In this document: one piece after another, positions 51,937 to 64,000 of the stretch
Layout: every line of letters starts with the position of its first letter
Position numbering within the stretch: the first letter of the stretch is position 1
Assembly (NCBI GenBank): GCA_040954595.2
Contig: CM082580.2
Location: 2,594,783-2,658,782, forward strand
Source: Balanoglossus misakiensis
Taxonomy: Eukaryota; Animalia; Hemichordata
Direction: 5' to 3'
DNA length: 64,000 nt
Position numbers and translations under genes: made by a program
The notes under the pieces: generated by a model
What the model was told of the DNA's origin: nothing
The model's input: only the letters and a program-made list of their open reading frames with translations
Database searches by the model: none

Positions 51937-53644
51937 TGTTAACGCCCCTCCATCCTTCGGACGTTTACCTCATCGGCTTCTGTGGGGAATCAGCCACGTC
52001 CGAAGGCTGAGAGTGTAAATTCTCTCCATCTCCTTCTCCACCCAACATATTCATAGAGTCTGAGAGAGGTACCCGGCAGATCGTAAACCTTTCGTAGACA
52101 GAGACTTGCAACAAGTTTTCCGAGTAACACAAAGTTCTGGTTTATTACTGGTCACACGTAAGAATTACACGACTCGATCCATGCTCGTTGACTCCCATCA
52201 CGGATCTCCGGTGATAATGGTGTGATCTCAAATTTCACCACACCTTATTAATACGTTAGTCAAGTATTAAGTCATAAAAGGAACACGTCATCTTAATATT
52301 TCTTAAACATGAACTTAGCGCGTGATATCTCTATCGCGTTCGGACATGTATCAATTACACAATCTTGTTTACTCTGGGTCAAGTACCTATGTCAATACTG
52401 GAATAAGGGACCGTTCAGTTTTTACGGCCGGGGGGGGGCCGGCAAAATCCAGGAGGGGGTCACTTAAATTTTGAAGTCCACAAGGGGAGGGGGGGTCATC
52501 TGTTTTTTTTAAACGTTTAGGGGGGGTCACATACATTTGCCACCGAACTTTTGCTTTTGAGTCCACAAAATTGCAGTTTCGCACCCTTTATTTTACAAAA
52601 TTTTCTAATGTGGGAGGGGGACACCCCCTCCCACACCCACCCCCTTCATTCTCCGCTACATTTCATTTTTTGCTGGTTTGTCTAGTGTACCAGGGCAGAG
52701 TGCTAGCCACCCCAACCCCACCGATGATAATATTTAACAAAGTGAATACATAAAGGAGAATAATTGTTTAAACCATTTTGCATAACTGATAGTTTCGCGC
52801 TGCATCTTCTATATACTAGAAGTTTTATAAATGATGTCATGACAAGATGACGCCAAATCTTCTAACTTTGAGTGGAGTGGCAAAAAGTAAAATTGGTCCT
52901 CCCAAACATTGAGATAATTTGCTTTTGAGTTCATTAAAATGCAACTTCGCGCTACATATTTTACAAAATTTTCTTATGTGGGCGGGGACACCCCCTCCCA
53001 CACCCACCCCCTCCATTCTTCGCCACATTGCATTTATTCACTGGTTTGTCTAGTGTACCAGGGAAGACTTCTTGCCACCACACCCCGATGCTTACTTTGA
53101 GTGGAGTGGCAAAATTAAAATTTGTCCTCCCTAACATTGAGTTAATTTGCTTTTGAGTTCATTACATTACAACTTTGAGCACCGTATTTTACAAAATTTT
53201 CTCACACCCACCCCCCCCCCTCCACTTTTCTTGTTTTACCGATTCTAGCAACTATTGTATTGACTTGTCATTTTAATTTGTTCATAGATTTCTTTATTGC
53301 AACGATATACTATTATATACTTCAATAATACTTTAAGAAATTTATAATTGAGGTGTGAGGAGCCTCATTCCCTTTATTGCATACAGTGTACATAGGATCA
53401 GGACGGCGAATGTTTTGGGCGTGGGGGGGGGTCATCATATTTTTGGGTCTGTCAAAGGGGGGTCATCATTTTTTGGTGCTGGGTGAAGGGGGGGTCGGCC
53501 TGATTTTGAGAACCGATGACACAAAGTTGGCGGGCCCCCCCCCCCTGCCGTAAAAACTGAACGGTCCCTAAAATCATATACAAGTGAATGACTTCTTACG
53601 TAATCATAGAAAAGATCTATGAGCGTTAAAACTCAGTCGTGACA
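51937..53644 (-). mobile_element. Possible solo LTR (Gypsy-like) interrupted by a Harbinger MITE
   Basis: On the minus strand it begins TGTCACGA and ends GGGCGTTAACA, with an internal AATAAA. ctgg flanks both sides (3 nt offset on the left), and the block is absent in unit 1 (cccctggaacagtgcg). Confidence 0.5.
52407..53568. mobile_element. PIF/Harbinger-type non-autonomous element (~1.16 kb), TAA TSD
   Basis: taa|gggaccgttcagtttttacggc ... gccgtaaaaactgaacggtccc|taa; an inverted copy lies at 62192-63371. Confidence 0.87.
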
Positions 53645-54297
53645 CTGGAACAGTGCGAACAATGTTGTGGTACTAAGTAGAAAAAGTCGTATGCGAGAAT
53701 TTTAGAAGGCCCTCCCCTAAAAATTGTTAATACCATTTTCATTGATAGTGTTGTTACTGTGGATGGTTGTTGTCAACGTACAAAACAGACTGTGTCAGCA
53801 AGCAAGATAAAAGAACAGAAAAATATTCCCAGGGGACACATTAGTCAATTCTAGGAACAGCTGAATGTAACATCGGTTCTTTTGATGTCAAATTATTTGG
53901 ATTCTATCAGTGAGTATTATGAAAATATCAAGTCGATAGAGATGACATCACCAAGCACTTACTGCTGAAAAATATTTATTTGGGAAAGCTTGACAAAAAA
54001 TTAGTTGAGTACGCATAAAATTATTCATTTTCAGTAATGCACTAAAATTATACTGAGTAATCATTTGCACAAGCGCAAGTTAGAGATTCAACCTAACTAA
54101 AACAATACCCCAACAAATTGTCCACATGTCCACGGACAGTTACATGAAATTGTTCCATTCACTTTCCATAATACATACTACTTGCGTGAATCGAGGCGTA
54201 CATAGGCCTACATGCACTTCAGTAAATATATACTATGTTAGCAATATCTTACACCAACTCTCATAGGTTTAATGCACATTTATAACACCGTGGGATA

Positions 54298-54751
54298 ATA
54301 TTATGAGGTTATTACGAAAATACCGCAAAGTATGCACTCGGACATTAGCGCCGTGTATCGCCCGACACGTAGCGGAGGGCGATGCGCTGCGCTAATGTCC
54401 GAGTGCATACTTTGCGGTATTTTCGTAATAACCTTATTATTATACATCTTACATCTCCGTTAGTTCTTGTGTTGCATGTAACTTGGCTTTCAAAACGCCC
54501 AAAATGCCGATACAATCGATCGAAAACCGCTCAGTTGACTCAGTGAGCAGCCATCTTTTGTTTTTTGTTTACGTGCGTTGGAGTGGGGGTGTCTTGAAAC
54601 CGTCCGCATAGCAACGCATACCTGTACACAGTGAGTTGGGGCGCCTTGAAACTTAAGGCGTATTTAACACGCGTTCCGTTGGTACCATTCCGTACGGCTT
54701 TTTTAGTGCACGCTAAATTCTATTGTTCTCGGTGCCAGATGTATAATAATA
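54298..54751. mobile_element. Family B repeat, inverted copy
   Basis: Reverse complement of 24832-25272; empty site in unit 1. Confidence 0.78.
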
Positions 54752-55489
54752 GTTGTCATTCATCACTCGCTTTAAAGCAATCCTGTCAAAGTTTTAAGGG
54801 TATATTTGTGAATGTTTTATGCATTTAAGATTTCGGAAAATAGAAGACATTTATCATCGAGATTCTGACCATTGGCATTTTGAAAACAAAACATAATTCA
54901 CTTAATAATGTTGCTATTTTCGAAACATCTGACATCACTTTCTGGTCTTTTTTGGCGGAAGTCCATATACATGCATCTTTCTTTCACGGACTTGACTTTG
55001 TTGAGTGTGAAGCAAATACTGTATATTTGACCTATGAACTTAAGACTTTTGTCTTCTTTCTTTCTTTCTTCTTTTCTTTCTTTTGTATGTATTACTAACC
55101 AAGTGTTCTACCGTTCACCATGAGGGGATGGACTTGACTAGTGCGAATGCACTATTTTTCCTACCTCCTTTTTTCACTTTATCAGTACATTTTTCACCAT
55201 TCGATGTAAAAATTGAAAGTGAAATAAAATTGAATTGAATTGAATTGAATTGAAATTGAATTGAATGGGTTTTCTCTCAATTATTTCTTACATTATTCAT
55301 ACATGCCATTCATCTGACATTGGGAAATATAACGGAATATATAATTTCATGCAGATCATATTTCAATTTAACTTGAAATCTGCTATTCACACGTTTTCTT
55401 GTTTATGTCTCTATGGCAACACTGGTATAGTTAAATGAGTGAGTTTATAACTCTCTAGATCACAACAAGTCTTGATAGAAACACTGAAT

Positions 55490-58400
55490 ATGTATTACCT
55501 GGCAAGTCTCGTTTTTATATTGCTATATTGTGCTTATATTGCTATGTCGGTACAAGGTAAGTGTACAAAAGACACATGGACTAAAATCTAACCTTAGACG
55601 GTGTTTTTGTCAATTTGTGATATTTCTGTGGCCTTTATCCTTACTAGATCTATTAGCGTGCAGTTTAGGTAGATCTTATATATATTTTCTGTGTTAATAT
55701 AGGATATTTTAAACTGAAGCGATTTAAGCTGACATTTTCTTTATTTTTGTTCCAAAAATTTTATAAAACCGCTCGAGAAATTGCACTTAAATTTATTATG
55801 AACGTATAAAGGCATGCATGTCTCTTTAATGCACTTTAAAATCATTGCACAGTTAACAATATTCGAGTATTTTTGTCATTCGTGGTATTAAACCTAATTT
55901 TGAGAATGCGCTTTTGTGTCCTACTTATTTTCTTGTTACTTGTCAATATTATTGTAACCAACATATTGTATTTGGGAGCAATTTTGCGCAAAAACTCCTA
56001 TTTCAAGAAATCCCTTGTCTGACTGCCTTGTGATTTGGTTTATAGGGTCATGCCGAAATAGTCGTGGAAATATTGTACTTGCGATCAGTTCTTCCTGATT
56101 TGTGGTCAAAAACTAAAAAATGGCTTGCCGAAATTTTGTTTGAGGATCCTTGGGTATTCGTATCATGAGTAAACAAATAACTAAGTCAATCCCATGTCTA
56201 TAACGGAAGCAAAACTGGCTATATTGCAAATAAATTTGCCTCGTGTGTAAAACGGTTTGTAATAAGTCTTCTCTTGGCTGTCCTAAACAGCTTATAGTTA
56301 ACAACATTGCAAACCTCATACTTCTGTCATATTCTATATTCTATTTCTTTTTGTCAGGATGCGATGAGAGATACAATCTGAGAAATGGAGAGGCAGTTCG
56401 AGTTAGTTCTCCAAACCATCCAGATGATGATCACGACATCATTCTTGAGTGTACTTGGACCCTGACCAATACTGATGGTGGACTAATAATAGTCTGCTTC
56501 AGTCATTTCGAGTTAGTCTCGCAAAATGACTCCATTTCACTTTTAGACGAGGGAAACGACAGCCATACCAGACAAAGGACCACACATACACACGATAATA
56601 GGCGTAGTGTCCCACCCATCTTTGTATCGTTAGGTGATGTCGCTTATATAATTTGGACATCAAGTGAGCAAAATACTGGATCATTTCATGCGACTGTAAC
56701 TGCAGTGGAAAGTGAGTATCAAGTGTTTCATTTCAATTATCTCTCAATTGAAGAACAACAACAACAATGACGGTGTCAAAATGTTTTTATTTTTCTTTAT
56801 TTTTAATATCTTATCGTCATCGTCACCGTCATTATTTGGGTTGGGAGATCGAGATTCCTGTGTCAATACCGCTATTAATAATGCACATTTCAAATGGAAA
56901 ATTGTCGCCGATCTCCATGTTACGTCTACAAAGAAAACCCAGGTGACTTTCATGAAAACAAATCTTCTCACATATGTAGCAAAGGTTTTGAGGGCTATCA
57001 TTTATCTGAAAATGTGTTCCGAGAGGCTTATGATGCGTCAGTGTAGAGGGTGGTATACCGGTAGGCCAAGCTCACATACTTGCATGAGTGTCATAGTAAA
57101 GTCATCCAATGATTGTTTTTTTATAATAATAAATTTGTGTACCAAAACACTCAATGTTGGCATGAAGGTTACACCTGTATATTAAAATCTACTGGATTGA
57201 ATGGCCAAATATTTTCTCAAATAAGCATATCTAATAGTGTTTGTGTAATGTTCTCATTTGTACAATATAAATATTCTTCATCAGTGACTTGCGTTGAAGC
57301 TCAACGTTCAGATGCCCAGGGCACTATGCTCGCTGCTTTAATTTCGTACCGTCATTTCTATACATTTCTACCCAATACACTTTTGCATTATATTTCTTAT
57401 GTAGGTTCCGTCTCTGTGGACGCATGTCCAGTTGTATCAGGTGTAAGTATTAAACCAGACAGCTGAAAGGAATTCTTTTTAAAATGCAACATAAGAGCGC
57501 AGTTTGAGTCAAGTGCAGCGCCCCCAATGGGCAAGGAACGAGTAAGCTTCAGAACACGCTCTCCTGATGAGCGAATGAGGGCGTGGTTCAAACGAATATA
57601 GTTAACAATGATTATTTACCATTCAAAGTTTAGATCAAGACAATAAATATTTGTCAATATATATCCGCGCGAAAGACGTGTGCCATCACATGGACTAGGT
57701 CATTCGATGACTTAGACTTGCCCTCTCGTCATTAGAATATGTAGATTTCAAGTAATCAAATTTTTAAGTACTCTGACAGTAAAACAAAATTGGAAAAATA
57801 TGATAAATAATATGAAAACTAGTTATATTTTGTTTACTGTACGACTATCTTGGAACTTTTATAGACTTTCAAAAGTCAAAATGAACTAACAAATGCTTCA
57901 TTGTGTCATTTCTGAACTCCGCCAGGTGCTTGAACCATTTCATCTAGCATCTGCTATGATCAAGGAATTAATGGATCTAAAGCTGCCTCTAGATGCAAGT
58001 CGGAACATAGCTAAAGGCAAGCGATTTCACATTTCTGACAAAAATTAGACGTTCCAGTTCACGATGTCCAGACGCTGGAAACTTTGCAATGAACATATAT
58101 TTGAACATCATGTGTTAGACTAATGTTGAAGTGATGCCCGAATATAATCTATATATGTAATGAACAACGGACAACAGGGAAATGCATATTACTCATTCTG
58201 CCTCTCAGTTTCACTTTTAAATCTTACAGAAATCCTGATGCTTCTGGATGAAGGCATTGTGACTCTTCCGTCGCCGGCCGATAATGAAACAACAGACGCG
58301 TTGACCAAGTTCCTTCTAAACGCAACTGATTCCCTCGCGAAGTCTGTTCTACGTGGGATGGAACCCGGCAGCGGGCCAGTCACCATTGATTCAGAATTCT

Positions 58401-60117
58401 TTCAATTGCATTTGGAAAGCGATTCTGTGGTGCATCTTACCAACACCTCTTTATTACTCCGAGGCGGTAATGGTGTGAAATTTCCACCGGCAGAGAAGAT
58501 GTTCTCCAATTTAACCGCTGGAGCAATTGTTAACAGGATTGTAAGAATCTAACCCTTGTTGTTGAACATGTTATCGCTTCTCTCTCAGTCTCTATTTCCT
58601 TAACCACACTCTGTAAACACATGGCAATGAAGTTTATAATACATTATCGCCCATAGGTTAGTGTTTTTAACAGAAGTTTGCTTCTTCAAGACTACAATGG
58701 ACGGAACACACTTCCAAGAAAATTTGTGTTGAGCTTGTCGTTTACTGATAGAGAAGGCAGAGAGTTAGAAGGTATTATATTATCATCACAATATTGCTTT
58801 CTAATATATGGTATGAGTTGGAATCGGATAAAATCTAACATTGAAAGATCTGTATGAACTCTACATAACTTGGTCTGTCTGTAAATATGGCTATGCAATA
58901 TATATTTTCTTTTCAGCATAAAAGTTATTCTCTATTCACTCTTCCAGTGAAAGATACTAAAGAAGACATTGAAATTACATTTGCTAGTGAAGCACCTGAG
59001 CCAGAAACCGTCTCATTGATCGAAGGTTGGTACACTGAAGTCCATGACGTCACATATTTTGGATTTAATGTCGAGGTAGAGGTAGGTGAATGGAAATAAA
59101 ACTAGTGAAATCAATTCTGATTATGTATATTGCTTGTGCTATCGGCGAGCCAATACTAACTAACTGTTAGCAAAAAGTGTTTATATTTCTCACAAAAATA
59201 ATATTCATTCTATATATATTTTATCGTCGCAGATAGCATGGTTGTTCCAACCATTTATCATTAAGTTTGAAAATTGCAAACCTCTGTACGGAAATACAAC
59301 AGTGTACGTCTTCAATGAACTTACGGCTTACTCTGACAAATACGTTGGATACCAGTTCGCTGTTGATATGGAATTTGCAGGAAATTTTTCCACGGTGTTC
59401 ATCCCAGAATACTATTTCTTAAGAACTGGAGAATATTATTTCACATTTACCATTCCCCACAGTAAGTGTCCATGTTTAACATTTACCGTACACTGCACTG
59501 AAGTATTGTACATATTTGTTGTTTAAAGCACATTTAATAGCTTGTGCATTGTCATGCATCATTTAAATTTACAAGTTCAAACCTATTTTTTGTATAAGAA
59601 CCTATCCTATCAATTCATGTAGTAAGAAAGTCTGAACTACTAGGCCAAAATGCATGAGTCTACATCCGGGGTTTTAAGAGTCGACGTCACCACCACGTCA
59701 AAAAGAATACAACTTCTTTGAGGTACCCTAACTTCTTTCTATTCTTTCCATTTTGTAGAGCAAGATATCCAGTTTGCATACACTGTCATACAAACTAGGT
59801 GTGATTATCTGAATATCCAGACTGACAGCTGGGAGAGTGACGGTTGCCAGGTATGCACAATGGTTCCTCAAAATATAATTTGGATTTAGCAGAATCAATT
59901 TTGTAATTTGAACCTAACCGAATTCAATGCAGTAGGCAGGAGAAATTTGAAAACCTGTAATTCTTTGTCATATTACTCACAAAAATGTTCCAACTTTTCA
60001 GCATTTATTTTAAATCCGTAGGTTTCACCATTATCAAACGTCACCTCCACTGTGTGTCTGTGTAACCACCTGACGACATTTACATCCGGAATGGCGACAA
60101 CAATGATATTACCCTAG
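55490..60117 (+). CDS. Secreted CUB + polycystin-1-like GAIN/GPS protein with no transmembrane domain, copy 2 (~510 aa)
   Basis: Exons 55490-55556, 56358-56711, 57405-57442, 57926-58016, 58209-58540, 58657-58771, 58948-59075/59081, 59233-59461, 59759-59850, 60022-60117 (TAG); same lengths, phases and splice sites as copy 1, with no stops or frameshifts seen. Confidence 0.82.
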
Positions 60118-62191
60118 AAAACGATTGGTTACATTCTAACCCATGATGCATTGTGATTTCCAACATGGCGGCGAACCAGTTGGTCCCTCTACATAATGCA
60201 GAGTGACCACATGAGGGCGATATGAACAGAATTTCATTTTTATCAGAGGAATCCGATGGATTTTTGGCCACTTAGGCCTCCAGAGTTATTTATCATGCTT
60301 CATTCGTCCTTACCATATTCACACAAATTATTTTATAGATAATAATCTATCATAGTGTCATTTAGGCCGAACCACCATCATCACTATTCTCTGCCGAGCC
60401 TTTGGAGTATATGCCATGAGTTATTTATTCAGAAACATTGAATTTGTTATTCACAAATGTGTAAATCATTATTATTCAATTGAATTTGTTGTCAACTTTA
60501 TACAAATGAAAACTGTGATTGTAAGTGCAAGTCCTCCCTGATTGGATGGCTGTGTGTGCAGGTGCACATGCACATAGTGGTTATCCAATATGCAAATTTC
60601 CTTGTCACTATAAATTTGCACCTCGCCAGTGTGCAAGTTTCATTTTGCCACGTCAGGCCTTCTAGGCTACATGTTTGTGACCACTGCACTACATGCTTTT
60701 TGAGCCCCTGAAAGCGTCACCATCTGAGGTAAGACTTACCTGTTTTATTTAGCGATAAAGAGCGGTCTTTTCAAGAGAAGCAGCGACTATCCAGGACGCA
60801 GACTACTTCATTTATAAACCATTAAATTTGAGTGATTGAATAGAATTGATTTGAATTTACTTACCTGTAAACGCTGTATTTTTGGAATTTGCTTTGTAAT
60901 TGAGTTTGAACTTCTGTATCGGCATTTTACATTTTCTTTGAATACTTACTTGAATTTATTTTGTCTATGTATTTGTTTATACAGAACCGTCTTTTACCCG
61001 TACGCGTGTTATACCAGTGTTATACCAGTATTAGAACCGTGTTATTACGTCGTGCACGGTCTATTTTGTATTCACCGAACAGTTTGCTCCTCGTAGAGAG
61101 TAAAATAAAAGGAGAATTTTTATACAACACGAGTGTCCAGAGTGTGTACTCCAGGGGCCCATGCAAGTAGGAATTGGATCATACAGTGATTAATATTCAA
61201 TTCGAAACAATCTTGGATTCCAGATTGAAATACAATCATTATTATGTTGGTTTTCATGTATCTCGTGGTTGTTAATGTTAAATTTCTATTTCAAATTAAA
61301 TCAATATGTTTACATATTTACACACTCAACTCAATACTAATTTTAGTAGCCTAGTAGCCTATTGTGGTTCATTCTTGTATTTTTACAGTCACACATATAC
61401 ATAAAGCTACCCATTTCAAGTATGGGCTACCTTACATTTTGTCATTTTGAAATCTTTGTAAAATTAAATACTTGCATGTTAACCTTCTTTTAAAAAAAGT
61501 GGAAACCTACGGATGAAAACATCAGGGGCTAGTTATCCTTGGTGTTGTTTGTTGCGAGTTTCAATTATTAAAAATTTTAAATGAACGACTCATATTGTAT
61601 CAAATTAAAAATTCAAAATGGAGAAAAAATAAAGTGGTAATTTTCATGAAGACAAAGTGGTGAATGAATTATTTTCTTCTTTGTTTCCAAAAAGACTACT
61701 CATATACCTTAATATTGCAAAGAATTAAAAGGTTTGGATGACTATTATTATTCTAAAAGCAAGAAACAAAAAGACAGAAAATTATTCCAAGGTGACATTT
61801 GCACATGTGTCAATGATAGGTACAGTTCACAGTCTCGTGGGAATTGAAATGTAAACACACCACGATTGGGCCTGTGACATAGGGGATCGTCGTGTGGTAC
61901 AGTTGAATGTAAAGTCGGTTCTTTTGATGTCAAATTATTTGGCTTCTCTTTGTGAGTGTAATGAAAGACTACAAAACTTTGGGACAATTCACCCGGCTTC
62001 ATCAAATAATACACTATGAATTTAGATCTTAGCATGGCACCAATCATTTCCCAAGGGCAAACCATTCTGCTATCCCCGGCGTGTCCGCTACACTTTTAAA
62101 TTCAATGGCTCAGTATAAGTGTGTCTTTCCTTTTTATCTTGCAGTCCTATTCCAAAGTTCAATAATCCGTGGGGAGTGTGAGTCTTTCTTA

Positions 62192-63371
62192 GGGACCGTT
62201 CAGTTTTTACGGCGGGGGGGGGGCAAGTTTGAGTCATCGGTTTTCAAAATCAGGCCGACCCACCTTCACCCAGCACCAAAAAATGATGACCACCCCCATT
62301 TTGACAGACCCAAAAATATGATGACCCCCCCCCCCCATGCTGAAAACATTCGCCGTCCTGATCCTATGTACACTGTATGCAATAAAGGGAATGAGGCTCC
62401 TCACACCTCAATTATAAATTTCTTAAAGTAATTAAAGTATATAATAGTATATCGTTGCAATAAAGAAATCTATGAACAAATTAAAATGACAAGTCAATAC
62501 AATAGTTGCTAGAATTGGTAAAACAAGAAAAGTGGCGGGGGTGGGCGTGGGAGGGGGTGTCTTAAGAAAATTTTGTAAAATACGGTGGTCAAAGTTGCAT
62601 TTAAATGAACTCAAAAGCAAATTAACTCAATGTTAGGGAGGACAAATTTTAAGTTTGCCACTCCACTCATAGTAAGCATCGGGGTGGGGCGGTAAGAAGT
62701 CTGCCCTGGTACACTAGACAAACCAGCGAATAAATGTAATGTGGCGAAGAATGGAGGGGTGGGTGTGGGAGGGGGTGTCCGCCTCCCACATAAGAAAATT
62801 TTGTAAAATATGTAGCGCAAAGTTGCATTTTAATGAACTCAAAAGCAAATTATCTCAATGTTTGGGAGGACCAATTTAAATTTTTGCCACTCCGCTCAAA
62901 GTTAGAAGATTTGGCGTCATCTTCGTCATGACATCATTTATAAAACTTCTAGAATATACAAGATGCAGCGCGAAACTATCAGTTATGCGAAATGGTTTAA
63001 ACGATTATTCTCCCTTATGTATTTACTTTGTTAAATATTATCATCGGTGGGGTTGGAGTGGCAAGCACTCTGCCCTGGTACAATAGACAAACCAGCAAAA
63101 AATGAAATGTGGCGGAGAATGAAGGCGGTGGGTGTGGGAGGGGGTGTCCCCCTCCCAAATTAAAAAATTATGTAAAATAAAGGGTGCGAAACTGCAATTT
63201 TGTGGACTCAAAAGCAAACGTTCGGTGGCAAAAGTATGTGACCCCCCCCCCCTAAACGTTTAAAAAACCCAGATGACCCCCCCCCTTTGGACATCAAAAT
63301 TTAAGTGACCCCCCCCCCTGGATTTTGCCGCCCCCCCCCCCCCCCTTCGGCCATAAAAACTGAACAGTCCC
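62192..63371. mobile_element. PIF/Harbinger-type element, inverted second copy
   Basis: gggaccgttcagtttttacgg ... ccataaaaactgaacagtccc; flanks tta/ata; empty site (tctttaggagaagc) in units 1 and 2. Confidence 0.82.
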
Positions 63372-63804
63372 ATAGGAGACGCTTTGAGTTCTCTTTATGT
63401 TCTGACAATTGGTAAACACTGTCTCAATGCTCCTCACCCATACCGGTACAGTTCGATTAAAGCCCTGTTTGATTCTAGCTAGTTTCCACTTCATGCTACG
63501 GAGGCAAATAATATTATTAGTTTATGATTTTACGGGTAATTAAATCGACAACTCATTTTACTAAATCGTATTATCACTGTATATTCATGACATTTTGGTG
63601 TTTTAAAGTTGTGCGTGTCGTTGTATTTCGAATAACAAAATCTCTTTCTTCTTTTCTCTTAACAAATTGTTTAAAATTAACTACCGGTACACAATCGTCT
63701 CAGTGTATTGTACATAGCATGCAAAAGTAAATTAATAAGTACATAGCTGGATAAAATAATAAAACCAAAAACTACAATCACACACATTACACATAAAACT
63801 GAGG

Positions 63805-64000
63805 TTGTTTCATTGTATTACACTGTAGTGTAAATGCTACAATGTACATTATTGCATAATTGTGGTTGTTACTTTGTATTACACTGTAGTGTAACTGCTA
63901 CAATGTACATCATTGTGGTTACTTTGTATTACAGTGTAGTGTAACTGCTACAATGTACATCATTGCATCATTGTGGTTGTTACTGTGCATTAGCTGAAGT
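63805..64000. repeat. Minisatellite (~50-60-bp unit: tgtattacactgtagtgtaactgctacaatgtacat.att...gtggtt)
   Basis: At least three imperfect units; the paralogous array is at ~50900-50990 and ~51795-51845. Confidence 0.75.

Larger units (their letters stand above)
37233..64000 (+). repeat. Head-to-tail tandem segmental duplication, ~12-kb units (starts at ~37233, ~49601, ~61360; third unit incomplete)
   Basis: The anchor tattgt[tg]gttcattcttgtatt..tacagtcacacatatacataaagc occurs three times; units are collinear and highly similar and differ mainly by TE insertions. Confidence 0.92.

Overview
Eukaryotic, intron-rich, AT-rich genomic DNA, probably from an invertebrate deuterostome such as a hemichordate or echinoderm (inferred from the gene families present). 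Genes were reconstructed by hand from splice sites. (1) 67-5605 (+): a 5'-truncated mosaic lectin with three F-type lectin domains alternating with two hevein-like chitin-binding domains, ending in a PCSK9-C-terminal/resistin-like Cys module. (2) 6821-19567 (-): a duplicated, decaying pentraxin/LamG-EGF-like locus split by a 5.2-kb Academ-like DNA transposon with ~1.5-kb terminal inverted repeats. (3) 22230-36732 (-): an intact 17-exon SDA1/SDAD1 gene. (4) ~37233 to the window end: a head-to-tail array of ~12-kb units, with two complete and a third beginning. Each complete unit encodes a ~510-aa protein of signal peptide + CUB + polycystin-1-like GAIN/GPS that stops 14 residues after the HL|T autoproteolysis site, with no transmembrane segment. 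All 13 codons that differ between the copies in the CUB exon are non-synonymous. This soluble, self-cleaving, diversifying GAIN protein array is the best candidate for an undescribed system. Many MITEs, LINE and Penelope fragments and a possible solo LTR fill the introns and intergenic DNA.
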